DNA of 64,000 bases, taken from Cenococcum geophilum (Eukaryota). Numbering within the stretch: position 1 is the stretch's first letter; every line of letters starts with the position of its first letter. Where the stretch lies: positions 4,402,001-4,466,000 of the forward strand of contig CP158636.1 in the NCBI GenBank assembly GCA_050273025.1. Reading direction: 5' to 3'. Shown here piece after piece: positions 12,896-24,549 of the stretch. The translations under genes and the position numbers were made by a program. The notes beneath the pieces are model-generated. The model saw only the letters and a program-made list of their open reading frames with translations, was not told the DNA's origin and did not search any database.

Positions 12896-13062
12896 TGTTG
12901 GTCATATAGGGTGACTCACTAATAACGACTACTTAAGTAGGTTACAGTGATGTTTTGTTAATAAAGCTTATTTATTAGAATGAGGAAGGGCGAGGAGCCT
13001 AAGACTCCTCGCCACGCTAGTGCCGCGGCGTCACGTGACGACCGCTTGCCTTATTCCCGACA
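12896..13062 (-). repeat. Copia-1 5' LTR
   Basis: TGTTGG...CCGACA, followed by the TSD. Confidence 0.95.
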
Positions 13063-15614
13063 GTGCTAAACCGTTTACTATAGGAAGGAGTTATATATTT
13101 AAGGATACACGGTCTCTATAGATAGTTTTTTTCTTTATAGTAAATCTTAGAATATAATTAGAGTTAATCTATTGGGCAACTACTCTACTAGTTATTATTA
13201 CGTTGTTAACTTCTTGTTTACCTATATACCTAGCCCATTAATAAGTTTACCGCAGTTCCCGCTATAAGGCTTTATTATAGTAAAGGCTAAACTAGGGATC
13301 TTAATAGTAAAAGACGTTTAGGCGGACTTTATAGTAAGAAAAATAGTTTGAAAAAGGAGCTTATATAAATTGCGGAAAATAGGGTTATTTTATTAAAGAC
13401 TATAAAAGTAAGTAAAGTTATTATATAATAAGAGGAATAAGACTAGTAGACGATATATATATATAGAGGGATAATAATATACTATAAGGAATAAAAGAAT
13501 ATTTAATTAAGAGTTTTATGTTTTATTATAATAATATATACTAAATTTATAAGAATACTAAGTATAGTATAGGCTATTAGCTATAAGAGCTAAAATTATT
13601 AAAGTTTAGAGGAACTAACAAACTATCTTATAAATTAGATATTAAGGGCAATAAATTTAATATAGGTAAAATATTTAGTAATAATAAGGCAATAAAGGCA
13701 GCTTACTAGGAGTATATAAACCTTAAAGAAGTTAAAGACTAAGACCGCTATAAAGCAAGGATTAGTAATAGCAATTATAACATTATTAAATACGGTATCT
13801 ATTACTTTATAAATTAGAAGGAGAAATATCTACAGAAAAGGATTAAGTAAGTAGATAACTGCTAGTGCTAGCTTATTACTTAATAAAGGTAAAAGGCCAC
13901 AGGCTTAAGATTCTTAAGAGGAGATAAGATATGCTTAAGGACCTATAATAGACAATAACTAATAAAGTAGAGTAATAGCTTAGTTTAGTAATATATAAAT
14001 AAGCTTAGGATAAAGTTTCCTAAAGGTATAAGATTTTTTAAATAAGATAAGTAAGATTTAAAATTCTTAAAATAAAATAAAAACACTATAAAAGCTTAAT
14101 TAGACTAAGGCTGGAGCTAAGCTTAAAAAAAGCAAGCTTAAAATTATGAGTTTTATAGGACTAAGATTTTAATATATAAATAAAAACTATTAAGAAAATT
14201 AATACTAAGATTAAAAAGTAAGAAGACTTTAAGGATCTACTTATAAGGTAAAATATAAAAGAAAATATAAAGGAATTTAGATAAAGAATTCTTATATAGT
14301 AAGAATAGAAACTAGACTAGAAATCTAGTATACTAGGCTATATTAGGGATAGAGTACCTATATAAAGATTAACTAATAGGCCTAAGGTAAGTATACTAAA
14401 AGCTAAATAGCTTATTAAACTAGAATAAGAAGAGGATTTAAGGATTTTAACTAGGTTTAAAGAATAATATATAAAAGGCTATTATAATATAGTAATAAGA
14501 AGATACTTCCTTACGGATAAGCCGTATATACTTTAATAGCTATACTAAAAGTAGTATAGGCAATAATATAATAAGTAGAAAGATTTCTATATATAGTTAA
14601 ATAAGTAAGTTATTTAAGACTACCCTATTACGAAAAAAGCTATAAGTTATATTAAGGGAGCCTTAATTATAATATCTAAAGATCTAAAGAAATAATTAAA
14701 GGACTAGAGAAGTAAAAGGTAAATATTAATATTAATAAATAAGGTTATAACGTTTAAATTAATATAGTAAAGGTTTAAACTTAAAGATAAAAATAAGTTA
14801 AGAGTTAACCTAAAGTACCTAGTATATTATACGCTATTATAGATAATATATATAAAAACCTAAAAGAAAAGAATTAAAAGTACCCTATAAAAATATATTA
14901 GGCGCTAAATAAGTAATAGTATAAAAATGCTATATATATATATATATATATAAATAGCATCTAATAGAAGTTTAGAAGTTAGGAAATTTAATACTTTAAC
15001 TAAAAAGATTCCTTATAGAATAATACTTAGAAAATATATATCTATAGTATATAAAGGATAAAAAGTAAACTAGGTATTAGCTAAAAAGTAAGCTAATTAT
15101 AGCCAGATTAAGTAGCTAATAGTTAAGAAAAGTAGAGGCCTATAAAACTAGAGGGAGCTAGTAATAGAGCCTTAGACCCTTAAAGGAATTTAAAGACAAC
15201 ACCTAAATTTATAAGTTAATTAGTAAGATTAATAGTTTAAAGTATTAATAGATAGTAGAGTAATAAGGAACTATATTTTATTAGTAGTAGTAAAATAGAT
15301 AAAACTACCTTATAGATAAAAGGAACAACTTTACCTATTAGTTATAATTTTAGGAAATCTAATAGCTTATAAAGGAAGTATTATTAATCTTAAAATAAGA
15401 CCTATTTAGATAACTATTAAAGGGAGATAAATTAAGATATCTTTTAATATTCTACTATTAGGACGGAATAAGGTAGTATTAGGAATACCCTAGTTATAGA
15501 AATATAATATAAAAATTAATTAGATTATAGGTTAGGCTAATATTAGGGATACTTAATAATATAAGATATAACAGTAAACTAAGTTAGTATAGTATTAAGT
15601 TAGAGCAATATATA

Positions 15615-16628
15615 GTAGTAGTAACTCTTTAATTAACGTCTAATACGGATCCTACTAGCCCACGCAGACTACTCCGTCATAGGGGGAAAACTTATAATTT
15701 ATATAAAGAAAACCCTGTAGTTAGGGGAAGGAAAAACCCTATAAGCCACCTTAGTCGGATAAAAAACCCCAAATTACCATATTTGCACGTAGTGCGGCCC
15801 TGTAGGCCTATAGCTACGTCCTCCTCCTTAGATGTTTTGAACTTCTTAGGAACCACTGCTTCCTTCTCTAGCTTATCCTAGCTAGGGTTTACTACGTCCC
15901 AGCTAGGCCTTGCCAATTAATTACTATACTTATTATTTCCCATATCTTAGCCATCCCCTATATACTATCTCTTGTCTAACTATTACTATATACGCCATAC
16001 CTCCCCCCCCCTAGGGCCTATTGAAGGCGTAAGGGGGATTTATCTATAAACTACCACTATATTAAAAGGCGAGCGGGACGTATGTATATATGCCTAGGTA
16101 TTTTTTTTACCTAGGCCCTAGTTGCTAGGCCCTCGCTAAGGGTCACCACTCCTTAAGAGGAGACAGGAAAACCGTACGGTGTTGTCCAGGCTGCTAGGTA
16201 GTATTTAATAGTTGATGGTAAGTAACCGCATGCTCCGCGGGCGATCGCCCTAGGGGTTAGGAGGGGCCGTATATTTGCTTATTTCTGTTCGCGTTCGCTT
16301 ATACGTCGATATAAGAGGTTGTTAATGCTTTCTATTGGGGGTCAGGGGATGCTATTAAATGCTGTGTATCCATATTAGATCGTACAGGTGCCTTAATAGG
16401 AGGATAGTGTAGTAGCTGTTATCGTAAGGGGTACCAACGGTGGTGGTTTTCGAGATCTCACCATCCCATGTGAAAACTTTTCACCACCGCCTACAATACT
16501 CGCAACTACCTCTACTACGTCATATCGCACGCTGTGCAACGTCTCTGCGTTGGCTCTGAGTCTAAACTTCGAAGACTTAGGTTTGTAGCCGTCACTACGT
16601 ACAGGTGTAGAGTCCGTTTTTAACGACC
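15615..16628 (-). mobile_element. ~1014-bp non-LTR retroposon (SINE-like or LINE-mobilised) with a (TAC)n 3' tail and 14-bp TSD
   Basis: TAGAGCAATATATA is duplicated at 15601-15614 and 16629-16642. The insert is absent from the homologous site of the family A copy (~47900). The minus strand ends ..AGACGTTAATTAAAGAGTTACTACTAC. Confidence 0.85.
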
Positions 16629-18679
16629 TAGAGCAATATATAAAGAGAGTAAGTAAGGCTTAAGTTATATACTAAAGAGATACTATAAATATAGCAAAAA
16701 GCTATAAAGCCTAAAAAGTAAAAAGCTAGTAGATTATATAGTATAGGACTATAAGATAGAATTAGAACTAAAAATAAGTTTAAGGTTCTTTTTAACTTAT
16801 AAGCTTACTTAAGAGGAGTTAAGAGCACTTAAGGAGTTTGTTTAAGAAAACTTATAAAAGGGATATAATAGACCATTATAGTTATTAGTAAGATATTTAG
16901 TACTATTCGTATTAAAAAAAATGGGAAACTTAGACTATATATTAACTATAAATAATTAAATAGCATTACTTAAAAGGATAGATATTCTTTACCCTTAATT
17001 AGCAAAATCTAAGATAAAATAGGTAATATATAAATCTTTATAAAGATAGATTTAAGATAGGTATACTATTAAATTAGAACTAAGGAAGGCAATAAATAAA
17101 AGGCAGCCTTTAGGTTAAAGAAAAGACTATATAAACCATTAGTTATGCAATTTAGACTTATAAATATACTAGTAACATTTTAGAAGCGAATTAATAGTGT
17201 ATTAGGAGAATACCTTAATAATATTATTATCTACTTAATAATTAAGGAAGAATATAGGGAATATATTAAATAGGTTTTAAAAAGACTATAAGAAGAATAG
17301 ATGCTAATAGTAATTAAAAAATACGAGTTCTTTATAAAGAAGACCGATTATATTAAATTTATTATTAAATTAGGTTATATTAGTATAGACCCAAAGAAAA
17401 TTAAAGCTATAGTAAGTTAGTAAGAACTAAAAAATATAATATAGTTAAGGTTATTTCTAGGGTTTTGCAACTACTATAAAAGGTTTATAATATAATAGTT
17501 AAAGAATATTAAACTGTTTACTAGACTTATAAAGAAAGAGAAACTATAAATATAAGGAAATAAATAAAGAATATTATTTAAGGAACTTAAGGAGCTGTTT
17601 ACCTAGGAGCTAATTCTTAAAATCTATTAACTAGGACTAGATACGGTTATAGAAACAAATGTATTAAACTTTATACTAAAAGTATATTTACTATAGAAGT
17701 ATGGAAATATATAGCATCTAATAGCATACTATAGTTAGAAGATAATACTACTAAAACTAAACTATAACATCTATAATAAGGAGTTATTAGGTATAATTAT
17801 AGTACTAAAAAATAAAAAGTATTCTTATAAGGTATAGAGAAACTATTTATAGTTAAAATAGATTATAAGAACCTAATAGGGTTCTTAATAATAACAGAAC
17901 TTAATTATAGATAAGTTAAATAGGTAGAGATGCTTATAGAATACTATTTTAAGATTTAGTATATTAAGGGAACTAAGAATATAAGAGTAGATACGCTAAG
18001 TAAAAAAGCTAAACTATAAAATAATAAGAAACTATTAAAAGTAATACTACGTAAAGATAAGGATAGATTAATTAGATATAATTACCCTAAGCTAATAGTA
18101 ACTTAAGAGAATAATAAACTAAAAAGAGTCTATAAGATATTAGAGAGCTTTTAGGTATAAAGAATTTTAAAGGTATAGCTAAAAGATCTATAGATAGATA
18201 TATATAAAAATTAAAAAGTAAAGTATATCCTAAAGAGTATAGTAGAGTATTTTATAGAAGATTTCTATAAAGGAATAACTTAAGAACATAATAGAGTAAT
18301 AGGCTTAGTATTAAGACTTTAAGAAGAATATATTATTAACGGAATCTAGGGTATAGCTAAAAAAGTAATAAAAGAGTATTTAGATTACTAAAGGAATAAA
18401 CTAATAAAGTATAAGCTATATAGAGGGCTATAACCTATTAAAATACCAAAAAGACTATAGAAGGTTATATTATAGGACTTTATTATTTAGCTACTAAAGT
18501 TAAAAGATCTTATTACTAAATAGGAATATAACGCGATCCTAGTAATAGTAGACAAGTTAACTAAATAAGGCTACTTTATAGCGTATATAAAGGGGATCTT
18601 AGTAGAGGGTATTGCTAGAATTTATATTAAAGAGGTATTTATAAGATATAAAGCACTAAATAAAATTATATTAGATAGA

Positions 18680-19700
18680 TATAAGGTAAGGATATAAATA
18701 GGGAGTCTAATAATAAAATAATAGGGTATATTATATATATAGAGACAAATCTTTAAGGGAAAAGGAGGAGTCTATATATAAGGTAGGAAGGGTTTTCTCT
18801 AGGTATGTATAGAGCATATGCCTTACAGGTAAGTCACCCCTAGGTCGCCCTAGGGTCGCCTATATCTTATACCTATATAATTATCTACTTAGGTTTTACC
18901 TAATAATACCCCCCCCCCTTTAAAAAGGGTCGTCCCCAATCCTTTATATACTTAAGCCTTAATAAAACCCTATAAAAAACATTAGTAAGGAAAAAATTTA
19001 AAGGAGAAAGAGCGTTTTAATTTTATATATAGAGAGACGGGTAGTATATATACGCGGCGCGAAGATATTGAGGAACTTTAACTAGTGGCTAAAGTTGTTT
19101 AATTAGTTAGATTTGCCTTGCTAAAACTCCCCCGCATTTAACTAAGCTATTAGTAATTTTATATACCGGGTATTAAAAAACCCTAATTAGTTTATTTAAT
19201 AGGTAACGTATTCCACCACCGAGCCGGCAGAACCATCGAGCCGGCAGAACCATTTCCCCACCAAAAATCGTAAAAATCACAATATAATATCTCAACAACC
19301 ACTTAATAATAAATTCTAATAATTTAGATTTAGACTTTTATATACACTCTGCAGCTTCTATTAAAGTTGCATAGTATATAGGTTAGTAGTTTTTAAGATA
19401 TTAAAATTTGGGGGCCAAAATATGGCCAAATTACTATATCTTAAAAACTACTAACCTATATACTATGCAACTTTAATAGAAGCTGCAGAGTGTATATAAA
19501 AGTCTAAATCTAAATTATTAGAATTTATTATTAAGTGGTTGTTGAGATATTATATTGTGATTTTTACGATTTTTGGTGGGGAAATGGTTCTGCCGGCTCG
19601 ATGGTTCTGCCGGCTCGGTGGTGGAATACGTTAAAGCTAATAGAGCTTAATACCGTTACCTAAATTTACTAGACTAAAAATATTCTAAAAGCTTACTTAT
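18680..19700 (-). mobile_element. LTR element F (probably Gypsy): 3' LTR 18680-18905, PPT and 3' region, interrupted by the MITE and then by element E
   Basis: TATAAGG..TAATA (RIP-changed TG..CA) followed by a poly-C PPT complement. The LTR shares patches with the element C LTR, and the 3' region is homologous to that of element D on both sides of the MITE. Right end is uncertain. Confidence 0.65.
19206..19631. mobile_element. pogo/Fot1-type foldback MITE, 426 bp, TA TSD
   Basis: TA|ACGT...ACGT|TA ends. 196-bp inverted arms (19206-19401 and 19436-19631) around a 34-bp spacer. Two 17-bp direct repeats CGAGCCGGCAGAACCAT in each terminal inverted repeat. Confidence 0.93.
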
Positions 19701-19719
19701 ATAGGTAGGTCGCTAGTAC

Positions 19720-20309
19720 CTTATAGGTTAGTTATAGGTTATTTATATATAGCAAGATTTATAAACGGTAAGGCTATATACTATAACGGGACTAGCCTAG
19801 TTATAGTAGGAATGTCTTAGTGAAATACTTAATAGATAAATTCCGACGCTTTAACCAAATTCTATTAGATTAATTAAATTAATTTAAAGTCTGTTAAAGA
19901 CCGCGTATATATATACGTACATATTAACTACTAAGCCCCTAACTATTTAATTATATAATTCTCTTGTTATTCTTTTCTCTTCTTTATATAACGTCTTATT
20001 CTTAGCAAGAGCTATATACCCTTAGATTTAGATAGAATTTATATTATTCCTTTAAATCTTCCCCAAAGTCTCTTTACGCCCTTATATTACGTTACGTTAA
20101 AATAACTACTATTAAAATAGCAAACGAACTTAAACCCCTTACGTTAACTATAAGTATTATAGCCCTAGTTAGGGAACAGTTAACTATAATATAATAATCC
20201 TTTATAGATGCCTTAGCCTAACAGCAAGTAATATTAAAAGCTTAGTACTAGTAATTAATAGGAGCAATCTATAAAGAACTCTATAACCTTAAAGCACTTA
20301 TATTAAAGA
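19720..20309 (+). mobile_element. Gypsy element E, 5' part (putative LTR/leader and gag start); continues at 51812
   Basis: Joined to the gag at 51812 by the AAAGA TSD of element A. Left end is uncertain. Confidence 0.55.
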
Positions 20310-20732
20310 TATAACGGAACCTTATAGCAAGTACTACGATAGGCTTATTAATAGGCTAGGTGTATAGGTAATGCAAATTAAAGTTAACAACGTAATAATA
20401 ACTGGTGGAGTGGTTGCCTAATAGATTAACTCTAATTATATTCTAAAAATTACTAAAAGGAAGGAACTATCTAGGTAGGGATTAAGGGTCCTTAAATACA
20501 CAACCGTACTCCTATAAAATCCTTTTTATACGTAATATACGTGTTATATATAAGGTATATAAGTTTCTCTTATCCCTCTTGTTTAATATATAGTATATTA
20601 TATAATCTCAGTTATTATTTCTTGTTATATAGTTTTACCAAATCTATCTTAGACTGTACTCTTATTAACTAACTAGCTTCTTTTAACTCTTCTCTAAGTA
20701 GTTATAATATTATACTTAAAGCATCCGTAACA
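20310..20732 (-). repeat. Element A 3' LTR
   Basis: Direct repeat of 51384-51806. Confidence 0.93.
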
Positions 20733-20840
20733 CTATCTCCCTCCTCTTTATCTTTATCCTTAAAGATTCTTAATATCTCTAAGTTATTTATTAGAGGTGT
20801 AATATCTGTTTAATTAATTTAATTAATATTATTACTTATT

Positions 20841-21530
20841 ATGCCTAAAGCATCTTCTTTTTTATACGCGTAATATTATGCCCATGCTATTACTACTATA
20901 TTATTACTTAGTGAAATTATACTATCTCTATATTCTTATTATGCGAAAAAGGGGTTAGTCTACGTTATATTAGCAAGTCCTCTATTTTAGCAACCTTCTT
21001 TTTATTTAGAGTGCACTAAAGCAAATATTTAATTATCTTGCGATATTTATTCTACTTCTAACGCTAAGTATACGCGTTTTATAACTCTTAATAGTCTTTA
21101 AGTTCCCCAAGTAATTTGTTATAGGGTCTTATATTTAGTCCGCTGCTATAAAACTTAATAGTAACTTAGTATAAGCCCTTACTAAACTTAAGCGTTCTTA
21201 TAACGCTAAATAAAAGGCTTTAAATACCCGCATCGCGGCGTCTACTTAGCTGCTTTATCTTAAGAAGGTGCGTAAGAAAGTTTATTTTAAAAAGTGGAAA
21301 CTTATAAAATAAGGTCTTTAGGAACTTAGTAATAAGAAAACTAACTCTCCTTCTATAGTAAAGGAAACAACTCTAAGTAGTTTAATAGTCGCTCTTCCTA
21401 GGTCCCCCTTAGGTGACTTATTTTTTAGCGATCCTTTTTTATTAATATTACCTAACCTATTTTCTTCCGATACTTCTATACCTTTCCTATAGCATTTTTT
21501 AGATTCTCTAGTAGCTCCTAGGTAGTCTTA
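20841..21530 (+). pseudogene. Antisense Zn2Cys6-like accessory gene of element A
   Basis: ATG at 20841. RIP-reversed reading of ~20928-21043 gives C-x2-C-x6-C-x13-C-x2-C-x8-C; the copy at ~59600 retains TGT at the second Cys. The 3' end is approximate and overlaps the chromodomain on the other strand. Confidence 0.7.
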
Positions 21531-22844
21531 TTATAGCCTATTTACTTAACCTTATACTATATTTTATTATTAATGTCCTTATAACTAATAATCTTTAAAA
21601 CTTACTATTTATCTTCTTCTTATCCTTTATATGTGTCTACTTTATAAACCGGTAGCTTAATATTTCTATATACCGGCTCTAGCATTACAATATACTATAT
21701 AGGGTAGATCTTCATTTTAGCTAGTAGGTTTAATTTAAATATAACTAGTAAAATCCTCTATATAATTTTAAAAGGTCCTAGTCTAATATAGTCTAACTTC
21801 TTACTTAGTTATTAACTCTTGAAATTTTTATATAGTAGCTATACTTTATCTCCCTCCTTAATATCTAGTCCCTTAGATCTCTTAGCGTTATAGTATTTTT
21901 TTATTTATTACTATACTACCTTAGCTGATTCCATAAGGTCTATATAAAGATTTATTAACGTCTTTATTCCTTAGCTATACTACTAGTCTTTTTCACTTAT
22001 TATAGTAATAACAATATTCTTAGCTTATATCCGTAATTCGCCTTAAATAGTAATGTACCTATTTCTTTTTATAGTGTTATATTATATATAAACTATATAA
22101 CTAGTAATAATAATACCTAATTATTCTGTGCGTAATTAATATAATGTTTTAGATACTATTCTAATATCTAATTTAATCTTTCCGTCTAACCGTCTATCTG
22201 CGGATAATATACAGTAGAAGTTACTACTTTAACTCCTTATTCCGCTAAAAATACCTCCTAAAATACTACTATAAATCTTAAATCCCTATCCGATATAATT
22301 TTACTTAGTACTCTATATCTTATAAATACTTCTTTAATATAGATTCTAGCAACGTCTTCCGCTAAGATTTCTTCCGTATATACTATAAAGTATCCCCACT
22401 TTATAAGCTTGTCTACTATTACTAAAATCACATTATAATCTTATCCAGTAATAGGATCTTTTAACTTTAGTAACTTAATAATAAAGTCCTATAATATAAC
22501 CTCCTATAGTCTCTCTAGTATTTTAATAGGTTATAGCCCTCTATATAGCTTATACCTTATTAGCTTATTTCTTTAGTAATCTAAACACTCCTTAGTGACC
22601 TTCCTAGCTATCCTCTAGATTCTATTAATAATATACTCCTCCTAAAGTCTTAACACTAAGCCTATAGCTCTATTATATCCTTAAGTTACTCCTTTATAGA
22701 ACTTTTCTATAAAGTGCTCTACTATACTTCTTAGGATATACTTTACTTTTTAGTTTTTATATATATCTAATTATAAATCTTTTAGCTATACTTTTAGAAT
22801 CCTTTATACCTAAAAGCTTTCTAATATCTTATAAACTTTCTCTA
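21400..22844 (-). pseudogene. Element A pol, C-terminal part (integrase and chromodomain)
   Basis: DFIIKL, VIVDKLIKWGYF, ISDRDLRF, TDG*TERLN, LGPFKI, then chromodomain-like YKVK*IGYNKTT*ELLENL. Confidence 0.88.
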
Positions 22845-23196
22845 TATAAGAGGCTAGCCTAACTAGAACGTATAATTATCTAATTAACAGTATTACTAGT
22901 AAGTAGAAGGTAAGTTAAAGGTAAGTTAAAGGTAAGTTAAAGGTAAGTTAAAGGTAAGTTAAAGGTAGAATAAGTTTTACGTATTGAAGGATAAATACTT
23001 CTAATTACTTCTATTTAAAGACTAATCGCTAGTTCTTCTCTAGAGGGGAACTAGCTTCCTATATATTCCTTTTAAGACGCTAGTAAAACCTTTTGCCCCT
23101 AACCTATCTAACTATGTCTTCTAGAATATAGATGGGATATAAATAAAACCTCCTACCGTCTTATTAGATATATACCTTCTAGGGGATTCCGTTATA
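22845..23196 (-). repeat. Element B 3' LTR (352 bp; five copies of AAGGTAAGTTA)
   Basis: Direct repeat of 46060-46389. Confidence 0.93.
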
Positions 23197-24549
23197 ATTA
23201 CCTCCCCTTTTAAGGTCTTAGTCCTCTAAGACTTCGCCTCTACTAAGCTTTTATAGAGTTCTAGCTAAAACCACTAGGGAAACCCTTAGTAGAAAGGTAC
23301 TCTATAATGCGACTTATTGCTAGCTCTTTACTAGCGCGGAACTTTACTTTATCTTTTATTTCTCTGCTCTTCTCCTACCCTAGCTCCTTATAGTGCTTTT
23401 ATAATAGGATTTTAATAATAGTAATAAAAATTTAGTGGGATTTACCTCTCTAATTTTAGGAATTTGTTATAAATGGATCTAGAGGTTATCTGGTATAACG
23501 CGTCAACTAACCACTAACCCTATTTACCTAAATAGGCTTTAATAATAACGTCTTTTATTTTAATTTCTTTCTATTTATAAGTCGTTATCTCTCTCTTATC
23601 CTTTTATTAATAACACTATTTATCTCGTTCTTAAATAGGCTGTTTTTATTATATCTCGCCTTTTAGCTTCTATATCTCTAGCCGTACTTCTATTACTACC
23701 TCGTTATCTTTTTTTAACGCGTTTATAAGTAATAGGATCCCTACCTTATCTCTTATAACAATGCTAACTTCTTAGAGTATTCTCTTATAATGGCTCGTGG
23801 TCCTTCTACGCGTCCCTAAACCGGCGGCAGTATTATTAATCTCCTGGTAATACCCTAGACAGCGTTTATTACTCCTACGGCAGTTTCCCTAAAATACTAT
23901 TGTCGCTACATTTATGCTCTTACGTAGGATCCTTCCTATGTCTATAAGATGCCTTACTCCAGCGAAAATAAATCTAAGTACTCCTATTATTATAGTAGGA
24001 GAATATAAGGGATATTATTGCGGACACCTTGGGTTGCCCTTAGGACAACCCCCGGACGCCCCTTAAATAGTTGCTAGTTACGTGCTAGAGGTATATGCTC
24101 GTAGTATATAGTCTCTACGATCCCAGAGGCCTTACCTCCTTAAGGATTTGTCTCTTTTACTAATCTATCCTATTCTATAATCGTGTCCTTATAGCCCCCT
24201 ATCTATAAGATCCCCTTATATTTAAATCCTTCCTACTCTTTTTTGGAAGGGTAGTCGGCTTTAAGGACCAGATTGTTTATTTATATCTTTTATTTATAAC
24301 CACCATCCTCCCTTAAAATCTTATAATGACCTGAATGGAAACTCTATGGATACCTTATAGAAAGCCGTCGCGTAAAGGCAAGAAGGTCCCTCCGATAGCG
24401 AGAGATTGCGACAATATAACCCTCTGGGCAAGATGGCCGAACGAGCCCTAATATCCAGATGCTTTAGGAGCTTAAAGACTCTTATATACCTATAGTCACC
24501 GCTAAGAAAAATGCAGACACCCTTTATAACGGTTATAACGCTGCCGGAA

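Larger units (their letters stand above)
7041..13062 (-). mobile_element. Copia-1 LTR retrotransposon, full length (6022 bp), TSD GTGCT
   Basis: 167-bp LTRs at 7041-7207 and 12896-13062 (TG..CA; left start RIP-changed to TA). GTGCT at 7036-7040 and 13063-13067. Domain order gag-PR-IN-RT-RH. Confidence 0.95.
6729..18679 (+). mobile_element. Gypsy family A' element (variant of family A), interrupted by Copia-1 and the retroposon, and cut in the integrase by element F
   Basis: 13068-13266 is the reverse complement of part of the family A LTR. 13280-18679 is colinear with the reverse complement of the family A internal region (protease IDS-motif ~15248, RT ~16750-17400, RNase H, integrase). The LTR start at 6729 is inferred. 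Confidence 0.8.

Noticed and set aside
14928..14952. (TA)n microsatellite
   Set aside because: Probably RIP-derived and slippage-expanded within the Gypsy sequence; no function is implied.
16560..16628. tRNA- or 5S-derived SINE head
   Set aside because: I could not build a cloverleaf, A/B boxes or a 5S match.
22907..22966. Tandem repeat as a CRISPR array or telomere
   Set aside because: It has no spacers, is not TTAGGG, and lies inside an LTR.
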